A stretch of DNA of 64,000 nucleotides, from assembly GCA_030295235.1 (NCBI GenBank), contig AP026142.1, positions 682,001 to 746,000 of the forward strand. Direction: 5' to 3'. The notes under the pieces are model-generated. The model did no database searches and had not been told where the DNA came from. It worked only from the letters and a program-made list of their open reading frames with translations. Shown here piece after piece: positions 57,844 to 64,000 of the stretch (position 1 is the first letter of the stretch; each line of letters begins with the position of its first letter). Source of the stretch: Fistulifera solaris. Taxonomy: Eukaryota. Position numbers and translations under genes: made by a program.

Positions 57844-58410
57844 CTATCTCAACTGCGGTGGCTCATACGGCAGACCTCTATCTTTGTCATCGTCTTCCAC
57901 ACCATCGAGCTGTAACGATTGTACTTGTTGAATGGTTTGCGTTATGGTCCAATCCAGATTGACCACTTTCTTAGATCGAAAAAAAGAATCATAGTCGGCG
58001 AAAAAGCGACGTCCTTTCTTCTTGGTTTGTTTCTCGAACGAAAGGGGTCGAGTGATATGTCGGGGTGCCGTCGGTGGACTCTTTTTGGCTGTCATATCTA
58101 ACTCGTTATCGAGCATACGTTTCAATTCGACATGAAACAACTGGTGCGTCTTTTGTACAAGTGATTGTGTGGAAGGGGACAGGTGTTCCGAACGAGTGAT
58201 CCGACTGGAAAGCGCTTCCCAGAACGAAAGACGGCTCTCGGCCGATACTAACGTACAGCAAATCGCCTCTTGAAAGGAAAGATTGAGTGCTTCGTAGCGC
58301 GCCAGCAAATTCAAAGCTACGCTATTGAAGAATTCGTCGTCATCGTACGTTCCCGTCGTACGGAGGGGGAGGGGGTCGGGAATATCCCACGCTGACGGAA
58401 TGATCGGCAT
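57844..58410 (-). CDS. Hypothetical protein
   Basis: 188-aa ORF with coding-like composition and no recognised motif. The start may lie further upstream. Confidence 0.45.
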   Translation of the reverse strand: MPIIPSAWDIPDPLPLRTTGTYDDDEFFNSVALNLLARYEALNLSFQEAICCTLVSAESRLSFWEALSSRITRSEHLSPSTQSLVQKTHQLFHVELKRMLDNELDMTAKKSPPTAPRHITRPLSFEKQTKKKGRRFFADYDSFFRSKKVVNLDWTITQTIQQVQSLQLDGVEDDDKDRGLPYEPPQLR

Positions 58411-59124
58411 TCGGATAATGATGCTGCAAGTGATTATCGAATACCCTCATACTGATGCTACTAGAAGGAATTATTGCAGCTGTTGATTACCTTTTCATGA
58501 CACTCGTGCAAGAGGATAAGAAATAGTTGTGGCTATGGTAAGGAGAGGAGTTTTCCCCTTGTTGCTTGCTTTGTTGTTATTGTCGTCTCTGGAGGGTGTT
58601 TTATTTATTTTTTTTTTGAGCGAACTTGTTTTGTGAGCGAGCGTCGCCCTTCGTCGCCAATGGAACTTTTCTTCGCCGAGACTAGACTTGACTGTACAGA
58701 TATGACGTTTTCGACAGCGCGAAATAGACCCTACCCCCTACCCACACATAATTCCATACAGCCGAAAATAGCTTTGATGATTTCCAAAAAAATAATGCAC
58801 CGACGTTTAAGATGTTTTAAGGTTAGCGTTATTCTTAATTCTGTATACTATCTAAAAGTAGTCTTGACTTCATTCCCACTAGTTCTTGACTGGTCGCTTT
58901 GACGCTTGGATCGAGACTGCGGACTGCGGACTGCGGATATCGGATGCGAAAACTGACAAAAAAGAATGAACACTTCACAATGAATTGAATTAATAATGCG
59001 AAGCATCAACAATGTTGGCTGGGGAATACTTATTTTTGCTATTCGAAAAGCTACAATCGGTCTTTGCTGCTGGAGAATACAGGCAAAGTCATCGTCGTCA
59101 TTTAAAGAAAGCAGACAAGACGTT

Positions 59125-60383
59125 ATGAAAGCTTCGAATGCAGCAACACTGGGCGGAGGAGAAATTAATGAAAAATTACGAACGTTTCATACAGCAACCA
59201 ACGACTCTGATGAAAAAGGGCTTCTCTAGTCGATCACTTGGATGGTTTTCAACCGCAGATCTGTAAAGCACATTTATGGCATGCACTGGAGGGCTTTGAG
59301 CGTTATCCGAACTATTTCCATCGATGGAAAAGTAGAATAGATTCTCGCGAGCAAACTGAAGATCATAGTTTGAGCTGCTACAGCGAGTCCGATCACAGCG
59401 AAAAGGAAATGCATGATTTGCTGAAACTCGAACAAGCCCTACGTGACACAGCGGATTCCGTGCGTCGAGAAAGAGAACGGATTACTCAACAAAGAACGAC
59501 CTGGATGCAGAAAATACCACAATTTTTGCAAGAGTATCCTCAATTTCGTAAGTTTTGGGACGTGGCTTTGTATGATGAAGATTGGGGGAAATGGTGCCAT
59601 GGTATCTTGCATCCGAAACTACAGGAACTTGTCTTCACTACCAATACTACGACGGGCGCCACTCAATTGAAAGCATGCCCAGAAGCCACGGTCGCGCAAA
59701 TCCTCTCCGGTGCTGTTCGCGTGGAGTGGAATATATCGCTTCTCACAAAACTACTGGATGAGGAATGTTCAGATGTTTTCTCCATACCCATTCTTTCTGG
59801 TGCCTTTTGTCGCGAGTTGATTCAATTGATTCGTTCCCTTCGACAATTCTTCGCGCAAGACACTACGATCGAACCGCCTCGATTCTTTTCATTGTCTCAT
59901 TTGGGAATCACGTGGTTGGACGATTTTCTCTTTCGTGTAATTCTGTATCCCATCAGTATTCATTTGTTTGACAATATACATCTCGATTGGTATCATAGCT
60001 TTGTCGCCGGATACGCAGCTCAACCCAATTGTGTCACTCCTCGTCAGTTCTTGGTACCCCACACAGATGACTCCGAAGTGACTTTGAACGTGTGTTTGGG
60101 CGACGAAGACTTTGAAGGGGGTCTCTTGGAATTCGGTCCGATGCGTGGTCAGCTAACGAAAACAAAAATACAGACAGACAAGGTACAGCCGAGAATTGGT
60201 TACGGATTGCTGCACGTAGGTCGGTTAATGCATCAAGTTACACCGATAACTGCAGGGGATCGATTTGCTTATATTGTATGGACTCGTTCTTGGACGGATA
60301 CGCGTGCGAAGCAGTGCCCTTGCTGTTGGCTCAATCATCGCAAGGATGCCGGTACATGTATTTGCGGACCGCAATGGAATTGA
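59125..60383 (+). CDS. 2-oxoglutarate/Fe(II)-dependent oxygenase (PLOD/OGFOD2-like)
   Basis: 'LVPHTDDSEVTLNVCLG..DFEGGLLEF…LLHVGRLMHQVTPITAGDRFAYIVW' gives the HxD…H facial triad and the 2OG-binding Arg. The N-terminal piece (58996..59229 frame) joins via a probable frameshift near 59215-59220. Start uncertain. Confidence 0.85.
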
Positions 60384-60498
60384 TTTCATTGCGCATAATA
60401 CTACAGCTCTACCAACTTCAAAATGATATATTATTTATTATTCGCACTACTGCGCTATTGACTACCAGAATTTTCCGCTATTTGCACACAAAGTAGTC

Positions 60499-62831
60499 TT
60501 ACGAACGCAAAAAGCAAGGATGGATTTCACCGACCTCAAAAAGTGATTCCATCACGTCCGTTTCTATGACAGAGACGCCGCATGCATCCGAACAAAACAA
60601 AGAATCGAAACGGCGGTGTCGAGTGCATCCTTTACGAACACATAGAGATGTTTCACGTCCTGGAGTTGGAGTCGATTCTTTTGCTCCAAATCTATTGTCT
60701 GGATCAAATATATTTGTCACTTCTCGCTCGAATCCGACGGGCTTTTCCCTAGCTGTATCTCGCATCAAGAAGTGTAACATATTGTGCCGATCTGTATAAA
60801 CTTCTGCGTCTTCAATTGACACGAGCAGGCGCTCTAACTCTTTGCTCGACTCCGGGCTCTATCTTTCGCACGGTACCCTAGTCCGCGTCCAAGCCGCTGC
60901 ACCATATCCGACCATTGCTTTTCCGCTTTTTCGTGACGAGCTACTACGCTGCGTGTGTGGCCATCAATATGAGAGACAGACACGCTTCCCAAAGGCCATT
61001 TGTATGTTCCTCCATGCCTGGAAAACGAGGCCTGGCGCATGACAGCCGAAGTAGCCAATGCTCGTCTTAGTTGGACCATACGTTGGCGTTCAATACGCTC
61101 GGCACCACGAGGAAATTCTTCCAGGAAGCGAACCTCTTCGTGACAAAAGTCACAAATAGGAATAAAAGGTTCTTTCATGTTCTTTCGAATGGAGTAGTTC
61201 TCGTAATGCCCCCCACAAGCAGGATGACGCCATGTGCCGCATTTAGAACAACATACCATCAGCTCATTCGGATATAATTCAGTAACTTGAAAACAATATG
61301 CAAATTCAGGTTGACCCTCTTTTGTGCGAATTCGATGTATTTTACAATGAGGCAATTTCTCCAGACATCCCGGCTCCGCAAGACTGGAGAGTCGTTTTCG
61401 TATCTTCCTTTCGTTGGCCCGAAATTTGGCAGTCTTCATGTCTTCTGATTCTTTGAAATTGTCCTCATCACTCGTTTCCCCTGCTGCATGGCGTTCGCGT
61501 CGGATACCGGTCACGGAGGGCCACCATGTATCAACAGGTACGGAAGGGGTCACAACGGCTAATATCTTTTTCTTACTCGCTTTTACCCCATTGGAGTCTT
61601 TCTTGGTCCCGTTGCGTGAAGCATCAGCTATTGTATTTGCGGAAAGAGAAGTTGTCGTGACAAAAGAGCTTGGAAGTTGATCATAAGATTCGTCATAAAC
61701 TGGTTCGGGCGGCAAAGAGGTAATCCAGATTGAAATCGAGCAGTTGAGATGGATTCATACGGCTCGATAGAAAAAGAAATCGTTGCACTCTCTTGCCCCA
61801 CGTTAATTTCAAAAAGGCTTCCTCTGCGCCTAACTTTTTCAAGTCAAGTAAAACCCTGGCCTCCTGATCCGTTCTGGCCACAGCAGCAGCGGCTTCCACT
61901 AGCATGTCCATAGTGCCGGCTGAAGGCATCGGCGTTTCCTCAACGATCTCGGCGTCTTCGTAGACTTTGTGTTCAGCGCTGCTATTTTCGTTCGGAGGTT
62001 GTTTTAATGCTACATTAAGGGGTGAAAGCGCTCGAGAATTTTGGCGGGGTCGCTTGGACTTGGGGAGTTTTGACCCAGATGCTTCCGAAGACGTCCTCCT
62101 TTTCTTTGATTCTTTCGGAACTACACGTGATGGGTTTTCATCGGCACTTGCTAGAGAAGCCGCAACAGGCACTTGCTTTTCAGGAGGTGGTGATTGCGAA
62201 GGACTATGACTTGTTTTTTTGGTCACTTGCGAGGAGGGAAGCAATGGGACTGGCGATTGCTGCTGTGCACGGAGTGCGGCCGCTAGTAACGCGGGAGAGC
62301 TGCTAGCGCTCAAATTGGGAGAATTTGATCGCGAAACATCGTCGACTGTAATCACCGCCCCAAGTTGCTGGCGTCGTAACTCTTCTTGATATCGTAACTG
62401 AGCCTGCGCTACCTGCTCGCGCCGAAGATTTAGCTGTTCGGAAAGCAACAAATTCTGGTAATGCTGCAGATCCGACAAGTCATGTAACGGATCTGCCAGC
62501 GCCCTCAACTGATGACTTTGTACGTGCTGGCCAAGCTGTTCCTGCAAAAGCAGTTGTCGGATCTGCTGGTCTCTTTGCAGATCATGCTGTTGACGTTGTT
62601 GCGATTGTAATAACACCGAAAGGTCGTCGACTTGCGTTAAACCGAGCGCTGCTCGTAGCTGTGCTTGAGTCAACTACAACAAAATAATAATAATATTATC
62701 AGAATAAAGAGATTTGGTCATGATGAAATCGCTCTCTTGACTCCGAAAACATAAGATATCTTCGCTCGTGATAAACATACCTGAGTATTTCCATTTCCAC
62801 CAGCTGCGTCGAAAGGGAATCTTCGGTCCAT
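60499..62831 (-). CDS. PHD-finger chromatin protein with Gln-rich N-terminus
   Basis: Exon 62781..62831 (MDRRFPFDAAGGNGNTQ), intron 62674..62780, then a Q-rich region. PHD-like 'MVCCSKCGTWRHPACG…ICDFC' and a terminal 'CVRKGC…DSLFCSDACG' zinc motif. Several frameshifts (~61790, ~61710, ~60840). Confidence 0.7.
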
Positions 62832-64000
62832 GATCTTGCTTCGCAATACTTCGACAGCCTACAACGATATGAAAGAGAAGGGGATGAGATCTGTCGAAAA
62901 GATGCGAATAGAAACAATACGTTAATACAACGCCTTGAGACACACCCACATTCTGTTTATCCGATGAACACCGTTATGCGATATATATCGATATTTCTCT
63001 CGATAGCACGATTCAGGCAACTTACCTTGTTAACAAAAAGAAATTCAAAACGAAGAAGCAGCAAAACAAGTGATTAACCGCAAGAATCATGAATTGCCGT
63101 GATACCTCTATAACGCCGCTGTGTTGTAAAAAAGTGGCTTGTGCCTTCGTGGTGCTTTTCGACCGAAAGACGAAGCAGCCACACAACGCTCACCAAGGAA
63201 GACGACGAGAACAACACGCGGGACGCGGGCAACGCTACCCCGAGCGAGTGTACAATTTGGGTCACTGCTAAATGGGACTAACTTCATACTCGACTTCAAT
63301 GTAGCATGTAGAAAGACGGAGGATTGCCCTTCTCGAAGGCTCTTCGATAACAAGGGTCTCGAAATGTCGCTTTTCTTTCATGTTCGTATCTGACAAAATG
63401 ACTTTGTCAGATTTACTAGTGTGAGTGCAAACGGTCATCAACACGAATTGTTCTTTGTCTATAATTTGTACAATGAGGAACATCACCGGCGACATAATAC
63501 TCACGGATTTTGGTCATTTGTGTCTTTTTATTATCGACTGTCGCGTAACTGGTAAAATGTACTCTTGAGCGGAAGACCATAATCCATAAACATAAACTAA
63601 ACCAGAACCTGGTTTAGGACGCAGCAACCATAGCTTGAAGCTAAAACCCAAAGGAGTCTCTGCTTAACCTGCGCAACGGCCCACAATGCACATTCAGCCG
63701 AACACATTGACATCTATAAATCTAAATGGCAAGCCCATTGCTAAATTACAATCAAACATTCCAAACCTCAAATGTATGAGAATTCTAGATGTCTAGTCAA
63801 CACACACACACACAGATAATCCTCGTCTTTATTCCTAATTTCCTAGAGTCAGATTGCAAATTTGCGTTGACGTCAAGATTGATTCACTTCTATCTATCCT
63901 CTAGCGACGTGGCCTAGAATAAAGAGAAGAAGTAGCAAAGGTGATTGCAGGCAACGTTATTTAACCTCTATTCGTAGACAACTGACCAATTGAGCACCCC

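Noticed and set aside
160..61800. Programmed ribosomal frameshifting or mass pseudogenisation
   Set aside because: The breaks sit at unrelated homopolymers with no shared slippery motif, affect essential genes, and come without accumulated in-frame stops. Sequencing error is far more parsimonious.
63074..63504. Short ORFs at the window end
   Set aside because: No motifs and no consistent splice structure; probably promoter or intergenic sequence.

Overview
This is gene-dense eukaryotic nuclear DNA, almost certainly from a diatom (stramenopile alga). The evidence is short GT-AG introns, bipartite signal+transit N-termini, and diatom-type families (bZIP-PAS, CRT-like, PLAC8 with the 'VxAPADLP' module, Cys-rich modules on a CE4 deacetylase). 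About 33 protein-coding genes and one tRNA-Glu(CTC) can be supported. Housekeeping genes include DIS3L2, RPF2, RPT3, TDP1, ZNHIT3-like, RAD6/UBC2 and EMG1; transporters include SLC4/BOR, DUF1275 and CRT-like; there are two adjacent bZIP transcription factors. Many genes, including essential ones, are broken by single-base deletions in homopolymer runs, which points to unpolished long-read assembly errors rather than pseudogenes. The most unusual items are: (1) a single ORF fusing a PfkB sugar kinase to a xylose/rhamnose-isomerase-type TIM barrel behind a signal peptide-like N-terminus; (2) an intradiol dioxygenase on a Ser/Pro/Glu stalk with a GPI-type tail; (3) a mitochondrial, membrane-anchored, NBD-only Hsp70-like protein; (4) a probably plastid-targeted protein made of 'integrase repeat'-like units; (5) a 3-exon HAD-family gene missed by the ORF track, with an unusually long intron; (6) palindromic (ACCGGT)n tracts recurring in intergenic DNA. 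No CRISPR array, rRNA or intact transposon was seen. All family calls are from motif recognition only; no database searches were run.
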